Below are positions 12,152-24,218 of a stretch of 64,000 bases of DNA, one piece after another. This stretch comes from Felis catus. Its lineage: Eukaryota. Where the stretch lies: NCBI RefSeq assembly GCF_018350175.1, contig NC_058368.1:139750001-139814000 (forward strand), written 5' to 3'. How positions within the stretch are numbered: the stretch's first letter is position 1; every line of letters begins with the position of its first letter. Below the pieces are notes generated by a model. That model was not told where the DNA came from. It made no database searches and was given only the letters and a program-made list of their open reading frames with translations. Position numbers and translations under genes: made by a program.

Positions 12152-13337
12152 GAATGGGAAAGAATATTTGCAAATGACATATCCAATAAAGGGTTAGTAT
12201 ACAAAATATATAAAGAACTTACAAAATTCAACACCCAAAAAATTAATAATCCTGTTAAAAATGGAAAGAACACATGGACAGACATTTTTCCAAAGAGGAA
12301 ATCCAGATGGCCAACAGACACATGAAAAGATGCTCAACATCACTCATCATCAGGGAACTACAAATCAAAATTACAATGAGATATTACCTCACACTACCTC
12401 TGTCAGAATGGCTAAAATCAGCAACACAAGAAACAACACATGTTGGCAAGGATTTGGAGAAAGGGGAACTTTCTTATACTGTTGGTAGAAGTGCAAACTG
12501 ATGCAGTTTGGAAGTGGAAACAGTATGGAAGTTCCTCATACTGTTGGAAGCAATCCAGCAATTGCACTACTGGGTATTTAACCAAAGAATACAAAAATAC
12601 TAATTCAGAGGGATACATGCACCCTAATGTTCATAGTAGTATTGTCTGTAGTAGACAATTTATGGAAAGCTCCATCAACAGATGAATGGATAAAGAAGAT
12701 GTGGTATATATACACAATGGAATATTATTCAGCCACAAAAAAGAATAAAATCTTGCTATTTGCAACAACTTGGACGGAGCTAGAGAGTATAATCCTAAGC
12801 AAAATTAAGCCAGTCAGAGAAAGAAAGACAAATACCATATGATTTCACTCATATGTGGAATTTAAGAAACAAAACAAGCATAGGGGGAAAAGGGGCAACC
12901 AAGAAACACTTTAAATTTTTTTTTTAAATTTTTATTCAGTTTTGAGACACAGAGCATGAGCGGTGGAGGGGTGGAGAGAGAGGGAGACACAGAATCAGAA
13001 GCAGGCTCTAGGCTGTCAGCACAGAGCCTGATGAGGGGCTCAAACACACAAACGATGAGATCATGACCTGAACCCAAGTAGATCGCTTAACTGACTGAGC
13101 CACCCAGGTGCCCCGGAATACTCTTAACTATAGAGAACAAACTGAAGTTACCAGAAGGGAGGTGGGTGTGCATATGGGTGAAATAGGTGATGGGAATTAA
13201 GGAGTTCACATGTTGTGATGAACATCAGATGTATGGAAGTGTTGAATCACTGTATTTTACACTTGAAACTAATATTAAACTGTTTCCTAACTAACTGGAA
13301 TTTAAATAAAAACTTAAAAAAAAAAAAAAAAAAGAAA
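12152..13337 (+). mobile_element. 5'-truncated carnivore L1 3' end with poly(A) tail and a nested SINE (about 12915-13114, minus)
   Basis: ORF2 C-terminal remnants ([46 protein letters not shown]), AATAAA and A-tail. Confidence 0.92.
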
Positions 13338-13589
13338 CTACACTGTGGGGGAGGTGAGGTGGGAGAAAGGGCCAGCAAGCCAATAGGAAAAAATTAAGAA
13401 AGATCTAGTTACTCAACAGAGAAGCAAGTACAGATGCCTCTTAAAACATTGGAAATATTCCCAATCTTTATAGTTTAAGAAATACAGATTGAAGGTTCTC
13501 TGAAAAAGCCTTTTCACCAATGGGTTGGCAAAGATACCCTATTGATAAGACTGTGGGAGTAAAATAGCTTATAAACTCTGGAGGGAGTG

Positions 13590-14005
13590 TACTGGTTTCT
13601 TACTGGTCCTATAACAAATGACCACAGATCTAGTGGCTTAAAAGAACACAAATTTATTCTCTTACAGTTCTGAAGGTCAGGAGTCCTAAAATTAAGGTAT
13701 TAGCAGGGTTGCATGCTTTCTAAAGATCCAGGGGAGGATCCATTTCCTTGCCAAAAGCTTCTAAAGGCGGCTTGTATTCTTTGACTCATCATCTTCAGAC
13801 CTAGCATCTCATCTTTATCCGACTCACCCTCCTGCTTTCTTCTTAAGGGAATCCTTGGGATTACATTGGACCCACCTGGACCATTTAGGATACTCTCCCT
13901 ATATTAACTTAATCATATCTGCAACGTACCCTTTATCATGTAATGTACTGGGTTCCAAGAGATTAGGATTTGGACATCTTTGGGGACTATTATTTTGCCT
14001 ACCCC
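13590..14005. mobile_element. MaLR LTR (MLT1-like)
   Basis: MLT1-type motifs taacaaatgaccacag..gtggcttaaa..acaaatttattctcttacagttctg..attaggatttggacatctttgggg. Confidence 0.75.
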
Positions 14006-14814
14006 AGGGGTGAAGCATTTTGGCAATGGCTGTTAAAATCACAGATACACTTGTACTTTGATCCCATAGTTCTTTTTCTAGGAATTCATTTTACATATGT
14101 AATCACATGTCATTTTACATGTATACAAGATTATTATGTTTTTTTGTGGTAGTAAAAGAAAGTAACTTAAATATCTAGAGAATTGGTTCAATGATCTTAC
14201 ATCTTTAAATTAAAATATTAGGCTGCCATGTAAAAATGAGGGAATTATTTATTCATAAGGAAATCTCACCAGGATGAGTTGAAAAAATGCTAAACAGTGT
14301 GTCTAATATTCTACTGTTTATATAAAAAATTAAGAGAAAATGTTTACTTGTTTGCTTATACATAAAATATTCTGGAGAAATTTAAATGATTGGGAAGCTG
14401 GAAACATTGGTTGGAGGAGAACTGGGTATTCTTCACTGAATAGTCCTCTGCTCAGGATTTTTAACTCATTACCCTGGTCTCTTTTTAGCATCTTCCTCTT
14501 TTATGTTAATATGATCCCTAGCCTACTTTCAATACTCGGGTGCAGATGAATTCAAATTTCTACATTTAATATCACCAGCCCTCCATTTCCAGTTGTCTGT
14601 TAGACTAACTCTACCTAGGTGCCAGGAACAACCCCCTTAAGTCTACTTGAAAATACTTCTATTCCAAAAAGTAGATGAACAGTAATTGGAATAATGTTCT
14701 CATATATACTTTGTTAAGATAACCCTCTGTAGCAGTCTACGTACACGTATATAATAATGTGTTATAAGTTCTGAGGGCATTATCATAATCTGTTAGTGAC
14801 TGTAATCAACTTTT

Positions 14815-15592
14815 TAAAAATCCCAGTATATGTAGTTAATATGTTATATTAGCTTCAGGTGTACAATGTAGTAATTCAACAGTTCCATATGTTGTTCAGT
14901 GCTCATCAAGATAAGTACTCTTAATCCCGTTCACCTATTTCATCCATCCCCCTAACCACCTCCCCTCTGGTAACCATCTGTTTATTCTCTAGAGTTACAA
15001 GTCTGGTTTTTTGTTTGTTTGTCTCTTTTTTTCTCCTTTGTTTGTTTTGCTTCTTAAATTCCATATATGAGTGAAATCATATGGTATTTGTCTTTCTCTG
15101 CCTGGCTTATTTGCTTAGCATTATATGCTCTAGATCCATTTGCATCATTGCAAATGGCAAGATTTCATTCTTTTTTAAGGCTCAGTAATGTTCCATTGGT
15201 GTGTGTGTGTGTACACATATGTATATGTGTGCACATGCATACATATATACCACATCTTCTTTATCCATTCATCTATCAATGGACAGTTGGGTTGCTCCCA
15301 TAATTTGGCTATTATAAATAATGCTGCAGTAAACGTAAGGGTGCATATGTCCCTTCAAATTAGTGTTTTCAAATTCTTTGGGTAAATAACCAGTAGTGTG
15401 ATTACTAGATTATAGGTAGTTCTATTTTAAAATTTTTGAGGAACCTCCATACTGTTTCCACAGTGGCTGTACCAGTTTACATTCCCACCAACAGTGCAAG
15501 AGGGTTCCCCTTTTTCCACACCCTTGCCAACATTTGTTGTTTCTTGAGTTTTTTATTTTAGCCATTCTGACAGGTATGAGGTTATATCTCAT

Positions 15593-15649
<57 letters not shown>

Positions 15650-17367
15650 ATGTTTTATTTATTTTTGAGACAGAGAGACAGAGCGTTAACAGGGAAGGGG
15701 CAGAGAGAGAGGGAGACACAGAATCCAAAGCAGGCTCCAGGGCTCTGAATTGTCAGCACAGAGCCCGATGCGGGGCTCAAACTCATGGACTGTGAGATCA
15801 TGACCTGAGTCGAATTGGATGCCCAACCGAATGAGCCACCCAGGCACCCCTAGGTTATATCTCATTTAGTTTTGATTTGTATTTCCCTGATGATGAATGA
15901 TGTTGAGCATCTTTTCATGTGTCTCTGTTGGCCATCTGGATGCCTTCTTTGGAGAAATGTGGCTTCTGCCCATTTTTTAATTGTATTATTGGGGGGGTAG
16001 TATTTAGTTGTATCATTTCTTGATATGTTTTGGGTACTAACCCTTTATCAGATATATCATTTTGCAAATATCTTCTCCTATTCAGTAGGTTGTCTTTTGT
16101 TTTTGTTGGTTGTTTCCTTTGCTGTGCATAGGCTTTTTATTTTGATGTTGTCCCAATAGTTTATTTTTGCTTTTGTTTCCCTTGTCTCAGGAGACGTATC
16201 TAGAAAGATATTGTTATGGCCAATGTCAGAGAAATTACTGCTTGTTCTCTATTCTAGGATTTTTATGGTTTCAGGTCTCACATTTAGGTCCTTAATCCAT
16301 TTTGAGTTTATTTTTGTGTATACTGTAACAAAGTGGTCCAGTTTCATTCTTTTGCATGTAGCTGTCCAGTTTTCTCAACATAATTTCTTAAAGAGACTGT
16401 CTTTTTCCTATTGCATAGTCTTGCCTCCTTTGTCGAGTTTATTTCTGGGATTTCTATTTTGTTCCATTGATCTATGTGTCTGTTTTTGTTCCAGTACCAT
16501 ACTGTTTTGATTACTATAGCTTTGTAGTATAACTTGAATTTGGAATTGTGTTATCTCCAGCTTTGCTTTGCTTTTTGAAGATTGCTGTGGCTGTTCAGAG
16601 TCTTTTGGGGCTCCATACAAATTTTAGGATTGTTAGTTCTAGTTCTGTGAAAAATGCTGTTGGTATTTTGACAGAGATCACATTTAATCTATGATTGCTT
16701 TGGGTAGTATAGACATTTTAACAATATTTGTTCTTCCCATCCATGCACATGGAATGTCTTTCCATTTCTTTGTGTTGTCTTCAATTTCTTTTACCGGTGT
16801 TTTATAGTTTTCAGAGTACAGGTCTTTCACCTCTTTGATTTAGTTTATTCTTAGGTATTTATTATTTTCAGTACATTGTAAATGGGATTGTTTTCTTAAT
16901 TCCTTTTTCCATGGCTTCATAATTAGTGTATAGAAATGCAGTGGATTTATGTACATTGATTTTGTATCCTGCAACCTTACTGAATTCATTATTAGTTCTA
17001 GTAGCTCTTTAGTGGAATCTTTCAAGGTTTTTATATATAGTATCATGTCTTCTGCAAATAGTGAAAAGATTTACTTCTTACCAATTTGGATGCCTTTTAT
17101 TTCTTTTTGTTGTTTGATAGCTGTGGCTAGGACTTCTAGTATTTTGTTGAATAAAAGTGGTAAAAGTGGACATCCTTGTATTGTACCTGACCTCAGAGGA
17201 AAGGCTCTCAGTTCTTCCCCTTTGAGTATGATGTTAGCTATGGGTTTTTCATATAAGGCATTTTTATGTTGAGATATGTTTCCTCTGAACCTACTTAACA
17301 TTTTTTTAATGTTTTATTTATTTTTGAGAGGGAAAGAGACAGAGAGCAAATGGGGGAGGGGCAGGCA

Positions 17368-17414
<47 letters not shown>

Positions 17415-17680
17415 TCCGAAGCAGGCTCCAGGCTCTGAGCTGTCAGCACAGAGCCCAACGCAGGGCTTGATCCCACGAACTGTGAGATCATGACCTGAGC
17501 CAAAGTTGGTCACTAAACTGACTGAGACACCCAGGCACCCCTCTAAAACCTACTTTGTTGAGTTTTGTTTTGTTTTTTTATCATGAGTAGATGTCATACT
17601 TTGTCAAATGCTTTTTCTGCAGATACTGAAATGATCATATAGTTTTTATCCCTTCTCTTATTGTTGCAATATATCAGACT
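14815..17680 (-). mobile_element. L1 (ORF2 RT region to 3' end) with two nested SINEs (about 15592-15850 and 17297-17541)
   Basis: Minus-strand ORF2 fragments ([36 protein letters not shown]); nested-SINE TSD aggttatatctcattta. Confidence 0.93.
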
Positions 17681-17919
17681 TTAACCTCCTTTTAAAAAAA
17701 CTACTGTAGGTGAAATCAGTTTAACTATAAATGATCTCCCATTATTCATGTAGATCTTAGATGTTTCTTCTTAATTATATCTTAGTTCATCTGAAAATTT
17801 TGTTTTGTACTGCAGAAAAATATAACTTAATGCCAGGCCATTAAAACATACTATCTCATTCCTAAATTATCCTGAATTATAGTTTACTCTGTGCACCAAA
17901 ATCATTCTTGTCTTTTTAG

Positions 17920-18016
17920 GACATTCAGTGAGATGAGTAAAGCAGAAGAACAGTATAGCTTGTGCCAGGAACTTTGCAGTGAACTTGCTCAAGATCTGCA
18001 GAAAGAAGGATTAAAG
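17920..18016 (+). CDS. POLK: POLK coding exon (TFSEMSKAEEQYSLCQELCSELAQDLQKEGLK)
   Basis: tttttag|G and AAG|gtact, 97 bp, in frame. Confidence 0.96.
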
Positions 18017-18779
18017 GTACTTTATTTAGATGTAGTGTTCTTAGATTTAACATTTTTTAATAATAAAATACTACCTTAAAGGAAGAGTTAGATTTTGCAT
18101 CTGAGTACAAATTGAGAAATATTGAGTATCCCCAATAAATAAAGAGTAATCCCCAATAGAGATAAATTCAGTTTCTCAATAAATTGAGAAATATAGAGTA
18201 TCCCCAATAGAGACAAATTCAATTCTGACCCATAATCGAGGCCTATACTGAGATCAGTCGATGAAGAAACAACTTAGGAGGGTGGGCTGGCTCCAGTATA
18301 ATTCCAGAGTTTATACTACTTGAGGAGTACATTTGAATACGTTCAGAATCAGACTTATAATGGCATTAGAGAGTAAAGCAAAGGTAATGATTTCCCTAGA
18401 ACTGTATTTACTTATTACAAATGTCTTTCCAACCATCTTTTAATGTTTTCCTCAGGTAGAAAACGATTTTCTAAAATAGGCATTTTGTTTCAATTCTCGA
18501 ATTCCAGATTGTTTAACATACTGAGAACAAAACCTTGAAGACCCTGAATTTCTATTTTATAACCCTCACTCACAACAATCTATATGTAGTATTTTTCCAA
18601 ACTCTCAAACCAGAGGTGGCGTTTTTACAAAGTGTAGCACAAAGGTATTCAAAAGTTATTACCAAAAAACCCCCCAAAACAACAAAGGTTATTACAAAGA
18701 ATGGGATATCTATATAAGTACAGTATATATCTTATAATCCTTTTCTGTCATACCTGAGTGTGAAGATTTTTAAAAAAAA

Positions 18780-19570
18780 ATTGTTTTAATAAACCTGTAA
18801 TTTGGGAATCATCTCAGATTTATAAGAAAAGTAGCAAAGATAATATAGAGAGTTCTGATATACCCTGTATTATCATAGCTATATTATTACAGTACATTTG
18901 TTGAAGCTAAGAAACTGACATTAGCACATTTCTATTGGCTAACCTCCAGACATTATTTGGATTTTACTGTTTTTCCATTAAAATCCTCTTTCTGTTCCAG
19001 GATTCAGTCCAGGGAACCACACTGTGTTTAGTTGTCGTGTCTCCCAATCTCCTCTAATCTGTGAAAGTTTATCAGTATTTCCTTGTTTTTCATGACCTTA
19101 ACAGTCTTAAGGAGTATTGGCCGGGTATCCTGCAAGATGTCTTTCCATCCAGGTTTGGGTGATGTTTTTCTAATGATTAGACCAGGTTATGAATTTTTAG
19201 AAAGAATACCAGAAGTGAACTGTCCTCATTACATCCTATCAAGGTATATGATAACTACAAGGTATCATAAATGATACTAACCGTTGTCACCTGGTTAAGT
19301 TAGTGTTTGCTAGGCTTCTCCACTGTGACGTTACTATTTTTCCCTTTCATACTCTATTCTTTGGAAGTGAGTTAATAAGTCAACCCACACTCAGAACCTC
19401 CAGGGGGTAATAAAATACACATAACATAGAATTTATCATTTTAGCCATTTTTAAGTTACATTTCTGTCATATTAAGTTCATTCATATTGTGCAACCATCA
19501 CCACTATTAATCTCCAGAGTTTTTTCATTATCCCACACTGAAACCCTGTACCCATTAAACAGTAACTGTA
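18780..19570 (-). mobile_element. Old L1M-type 3' end fragments
   Basis: Degenerate L1M 3'UTR motifs (ttgtgcaaccatcaccact, gaaaccctgtacccattaaacagtaac). Confidence 0.65.
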
Positions 19571-19843
19571 AAGGGAGTTCTTATGTGCAAATGGTTTAGC
19601 ATAATATCTAGCATACAGTAGACACACAGTAAGTGTGAGGGGAGTAATAATTATTGGCTAAAATGGGATTTTTAGATATTTCAGTTATTCTTTTTAGCAG
19701 ATTCCATTACCATGTTTTATAAATAATTGATTATACTTCTATATTATGTGTATTTAGAGATCTTTCTAAATTTTTGTAACCTACAAATTAACTTTTTTCT
19801 AGAAGTTAGAAAGCCATATGTAACAATGTTCTGTTTGTTGCAG

Positions 19844-20015
19844 GGTAGAACTGTTACCATTAAACTGAAGAATGTAAATTTTGAAGTAAAAACTCGTGCA
19901 TCTACAGTTTCATCTGTTGTTTCTACTGCAGAAGAAATATTTGCTATTGCTAAAGACTTGCTAAGAACAGAAATTGATGCTGATTTTCCACATCCCTTGA
20001 GATTAAGACTTATGG
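19844..20015 (+). CDS. POLK: POLK coding exon, little finger/PAD (GRTVTIKLKNVNFEVKTRAST...LRLRLMG)
   Basis: ttgcag|GGT and ATGG|gtatga, 172 bp. Confidence 0.97.
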
Positions 20016-20551
20016 GTATGACTTGTTTTTCCTTAAATCTGTTAGACCTTCCCAAATAAATTAACTTGGGAAATAGTCTCTCCTTCTATCTCTTAAACCT
20101 GTTGAGGAGTTTGTATCTATGCTGCCATTTTTCTTAATTCTTAGAACCTGATGTAGGTGGAACAATGCTCATTAATTTAATCCCCATAAGAACCAGATAA
20201 AGTTGTTCTTTTCCTTACTACTTAGTGAAATCCTTCGGGCTAGGTATGTTTCAGAATTTTAAACTTTTCAGATTTTATGAAAGTGAATTTAGTGCATATA
20301 CTCCATATGTTTTGTAATACTGATTTGGTATCTGAGGCACCACCTTATGATAAACACATTAATATTTTTGTAGCAAACAAAATATCACACTAGGTTAAAG
20401 AGAATTGGGTGAGAGGATGTATATGGACAAGCACTCCAAATGCCAACTTTACTGCTAAGAGTGGATCATTAGCTATGCTTTCATGTATGAAAGACAGCAC
20501 ACACTTGAAATTGATTGAATAAAGTTCGTTAAATAAAAGAGCTAAAGAGCC

Positions 20552-21558
20552 GGGGCACCTGGGTGGCTCAGTCAGTTAAGCTTCCAACTTTGGCTCAGGT
20601 CAGGATCTCATGGTTCGGAAATTCGAGCCCCTGCCTGGGCTTCCACGCTGACAGTGCAGAACCGGCTTGGGATTCTCTCTTTCCCTCCCTCTGCCCCTTC
20701 TGTGCTTTCTCTCTCTCTTGCTCTCTCTCTCAAAATAAATAAATAAACTAAAAACAAAACCCCAAATCTAAAGAGCAGATGTTAATGACAGCATCATTCA
20801 AAATTGCCAAAATTGGAAACAAAAATGCACATAAAAAGACATGGAGGCACCTTAAATGTAAATTATATTATTATATTACATTTATTATTAGTAAATGAAA
20901 GAAGCCAGTTTGAAAGGTTAAATACTGTCTGATTCAAACTTATGAAATCTGGAAGAGACAAAACCGTGGAGACAGTGAAAAGATCAGTGTATGTCAAGGG
21001 TTAGGGGTGAGGAAGGGATGAATAGACTTAGCACAGAGGACTTTCAGGGCAGTGAAACTATTGTGTATGATTATATAATGGTGGATACAAATCATTAAAC
21101 ACTTGTCAAAATCCATAGGATGTACAACACCAGGAGTGAACCTAATGTAAACTATGAGCTTTGAGTGTTAATGTTGTGTCACTATACGTTCATCATTTGT
21201 AACAAATGTACCACTCTGGTGCAATATGTCAGTTGGAGGAGGCTGTGCATGGTGTGGGCACAGGATATGTAGGAACTGCACTTTCTGCTCACTATTGCTG
21301 TGAACCTAAAAAAGAGCTAAAGAGTTTTTGAAATTGACTCCAATAGTTGGGTTTTTTTTTTAATTTTTTAATGTTTCTTCATTTTTTGAGAGACAGAGTG
21401 CAAGTGGGGGAGCGGCAGAGAGAGGAAGACACAGAATCTGAAGCAGGCTCCAGGCTCTAAGCTGTCAGCACAGAGCCTGATGCAGGGCTTGAACCCACAC
21501 TGTGAGATCATGACCTGAGCAGAAGTCAGATGTTTAACCAACTAGCCACCCAGGTGCC
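20552..21558. mobile_element. Can-SINEs at about 20552-20765 (+) and 21350-21558 (-)
   Basis: SINE head/(CT)n/tail architecture. Confidence 0.88.
20830..21312 (+). mobile_element. Old L1M (L1MC-like) 3' end
   Basis: aacctaatgtaaactatgagctttg..ttgtaacaaatgtaccactctgg..tgctgtgaacctaaaa motifs. Confidence 0.7.
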
Positions 21559-21858
21559 TTAGTTAGTTGATCTTTAATGGTAACTTATGTCAGATGTTAA
21601 TTGGAAGACTTACATAATCATGCAAACTCCCAACAGATACTATTTAGTGACACCCAGTTTTATAAAGGAACGTAAATTTCATGCAAAGTACCTGTTTTGA
21701 AAACTCATCCTTTAATTCAGAAAATATGCAGTATTGCTTATTATTTTTCTCTAAACAGCCTTTTGTATATATTTCACAACAATATTATGCAAAATATTTT
21801 TATGCATTATGAGTGAATTGGCTTTGTTAAGCAATTAATTGTCGTTGATTTAATTTAG

Positions 21859-22803
21859 GTGTACGGTTATCTAGTTTTCCCAATGAAGAAGACAAGAAAC
21901 AGCAACAAAGGAGCATTATTGGCTTTTTACAGGCTGGAAACCAAGCTCTGTCAGCTACTGGGCATATGCTAGAGAAAACTGACAAAGATCAGTTTCTAAA
22001 ACCTCTAGAAATGTCTCAAAAGAAGAGCTTCTTTGATAAAAAGCGATCAGAAAGGAAATGGAGCCAACAAGACACATTTAAGTGTGAAGCTGTGGATACA
22101 CAAAGTTTACAGACATCAGATTCATTCCAAGTTTTAAAGAAGATGAACGAGAATTTAGAAACATCAGAGAATTCAAATAAGTCTCAGATATTTATCTGTC
22201 CCGTTTGCTTTAGGGAGCATGGAAGCATCAGTCTGGAAGCCTTTAATAAACATGTAGATGCCTGTCTTAATGGACCTTCAATTAATGAAGACCGTAAAAT
22301 GTTCTCATGCTCACATGCTTCCTCTACAGAAGTTAACAGGAAAGAAAATGTACATCATTCTTTTTCACTCCGTGAGAAGCAGGATTATGAAACCCATCAG
22401 AAGCATTCAGGAATCAATTCAGTAGATTGTGCAGAGCTAGTAGAGACTAAAGGTAACCCACCTAAAGCAGAAAGTGTAGGTGCTTTAAGTGATAAGCACA
22501 GCAAAGAGGAATGTGCTGTTTTTCCAAGAGAATCGTTTAATACTGAGCAACATTATCAGAATTCTTTCTCTACTGTTTTACTGGAAGATACGGGGTCAAG
22601 TCAGCAAGAATCCCCCCAGCCTTATTTACCTGAAGTGATAATAACCCAAGCTCTAGTTTGTCCTATTTGTAACCTGGAACAAAAGACTTCAGATCTTACC
22701 CTGTTCAATATGCATGTGGATATATGCTTAAATAAAGGTATTATCCAGGAACTGAGAAAGGATAGTCTAGCTAATCAACCCACAAAAAGCACCAAAAGTA
22801 CTG
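21859..22803 (+). CDS. POLK: POLK large exon with REV1-interacting region (KKSFFDKKRS) and two UBZ zinc fingers (CPVC..H...C, CPIC..H...C)
   Basis: atttag|GT acceptor, ACTG|gtgagt donor, 945 bp; overlaps ORF 21966-22946 in frame. Confidence 0.97.
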
Positions 22804-22822
22804 GTGAGTTTGTAGTCATTTT

Positions 22823-23131
22823 TATTTTATTTTATTTTATTTTATTTTATTTTATTTTATTTTATTTTATTTTATTTTATTTTATTTTATTTCATTTTAT
22901 TTTATTTTATTTTTTATTTTTATTTTTTAACATTTATTTATTTTGAGACAGAGAGAGACAGAGCATGAACGGGGGAGGGGCAGAGAGAGAGGGAGACACA
23001 GAATCGGAAGCAGGCTCCAGGCTCTGAGCCATCAGCCCAGAGCCCCATGCGGGGCTCAAACTCAGGGACCGTGAGATCATGACCTGAGCTGAAGTCGGAC
23101 GCTCAACCGACTGAGCCACCCTGGCGCCCCC
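22823..23131 (-). mobile_element. Young Can-SINE with expanded (ATTTT)n tail next to the POLK exon donor
   Basis: CpG-rich SINE body; TSD tgtagtcatttt at 22811-22822 and 23132-23143. Confidence 0.93.
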
Positions 23132-23394
23132 TGTAGTCATTTTAAAGAATTTGATTATATAGGAATGTTTTATTAAAATTGAGATTGTTGTTAAATATGA
23201 AGCATATACAATTAAAGGGATAGTTTGTGTATGCTGCCATTTAGGAAAATGTTATTTACCTTATTAGCATAGGTTAGAATTAACTGAAGCCATTAGATTT
23301 TACATTTTGGGAAAACTCCATTTGGGGCTTGATTTAGCACAGAACGAACTCATAAATTCAGGGAGCTAAGTGATCTCATAAAAAATGAGATTCC

Positions 23395-23600
23395 TGTGGA
23401 AGGAATAAGTCACAAGGATAAAAGGTACAGCATAGAGAATATAGTCAATGGGACTGTAATAGTACTGTATGGTGACAGATGATAGCTCTATTTGTGGTGA
23501 GCACAGCATATCGTTTGTTGAATCACTATGTTGTATACCTGAAACTAATAGAACACTGTGTGTCAGTTATACTTAAATTTAAAAAAAGAAGAAAGAAAAA
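23395..23600 (+). mobile_element. Short L1 3'-end fragment
   Basis: aataagtcacaaggataaaaggtacagcatag..tgttgtatacctgaaactaata..A-tail. Confidence 0.7.
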
Positions 23601-23919
23601 TTCGTTAAGAAAACTTTTGCCAAGGCACAGTGGTAAATTAACTATAATCACACAACCAGAAAGCCTCTTTAAGTTGTTTTTTGGTAGTCTGAGTCTAACT
23701 CAACTTCAAAAATTAAGTGTATACTAATAAAATAAGTAAATTACAAAGAAATAATGCTATAAAGTTAGTTTCTGGTATGTCTACATATAAATTATGTAGT
23801 ACTAAGGAAGTTTTTATTATCTTTAATCAGTCAGCTTTACCTCTTTAGATTTTTATACAGCTTTATAATTATTTCATGTTGTTCATTATGGAATTTCTTG
23901 ACTTTTCTTTCCTCTAAAG

Positions 23920-23962
23920 ATACCTCAGGCCAAGTACAAAAGACTGCAACAAAAACAAAAAG
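23920..23962 (+). CDS. POLK: POLK 43-bp penultimate coding exon (DTSGQVQKTATKTKR)
   Basis: Polypyrimidine tract + taaag|AT; AAG|gtatgg donor; phases join the previous and last exon. Confidence 0.88.
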
Positions 23963-24142
23963 GTATGGCTAATTTGAGTTTTAACAAAGCTGGCTATAAA
24001 ATTGTTATATTTTGAGGTCTAATTTTTAGGGAATGTTAAAATCTGCTTTTATAAATCAACTACAATTTTAAAAATCAGTGATTTGCAAAACAGTTAAAAA
24101 ATATCTTCTTGCATTTTAATTGCATGTTCTTTTTCATTCCAG

Positions 24143-24218
24143 GCCAGGAATGTACTCATCGTCAAAGAAAGTAAAACCAAACAGTACCAGACACACTCTT
24201 GATATATTTTTTAAATGA
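24143..24218 (+). CDS. POLK: POLK last coding exon (PGMYSSSKKVKPNSTRHTLDIFFK*) with basic NLS-like residues and C-terminal PIP box
   Basis: ttccag|G acceptor; ends in HTLDIFFK-TGA, the typical pol kappa C-terminus. Confidence 0.96.

Noticed and set aside
16408..17301. Reverse-transcriptase-like ORFs
   Set aside because: Fragmented, frameshifted L1 ORF2 interrupted by SINEs; not an intact or novel RT
17369..17411. (CA)n and other microsatellites ((TTTA)n about 15592, (AAAAC)n about 38991, (CT)n about 38618, TG/CA about 50626)
   Set aside because: Common simple repeats, mostly derived from SINE or L1 internal tracts; useful only as markers
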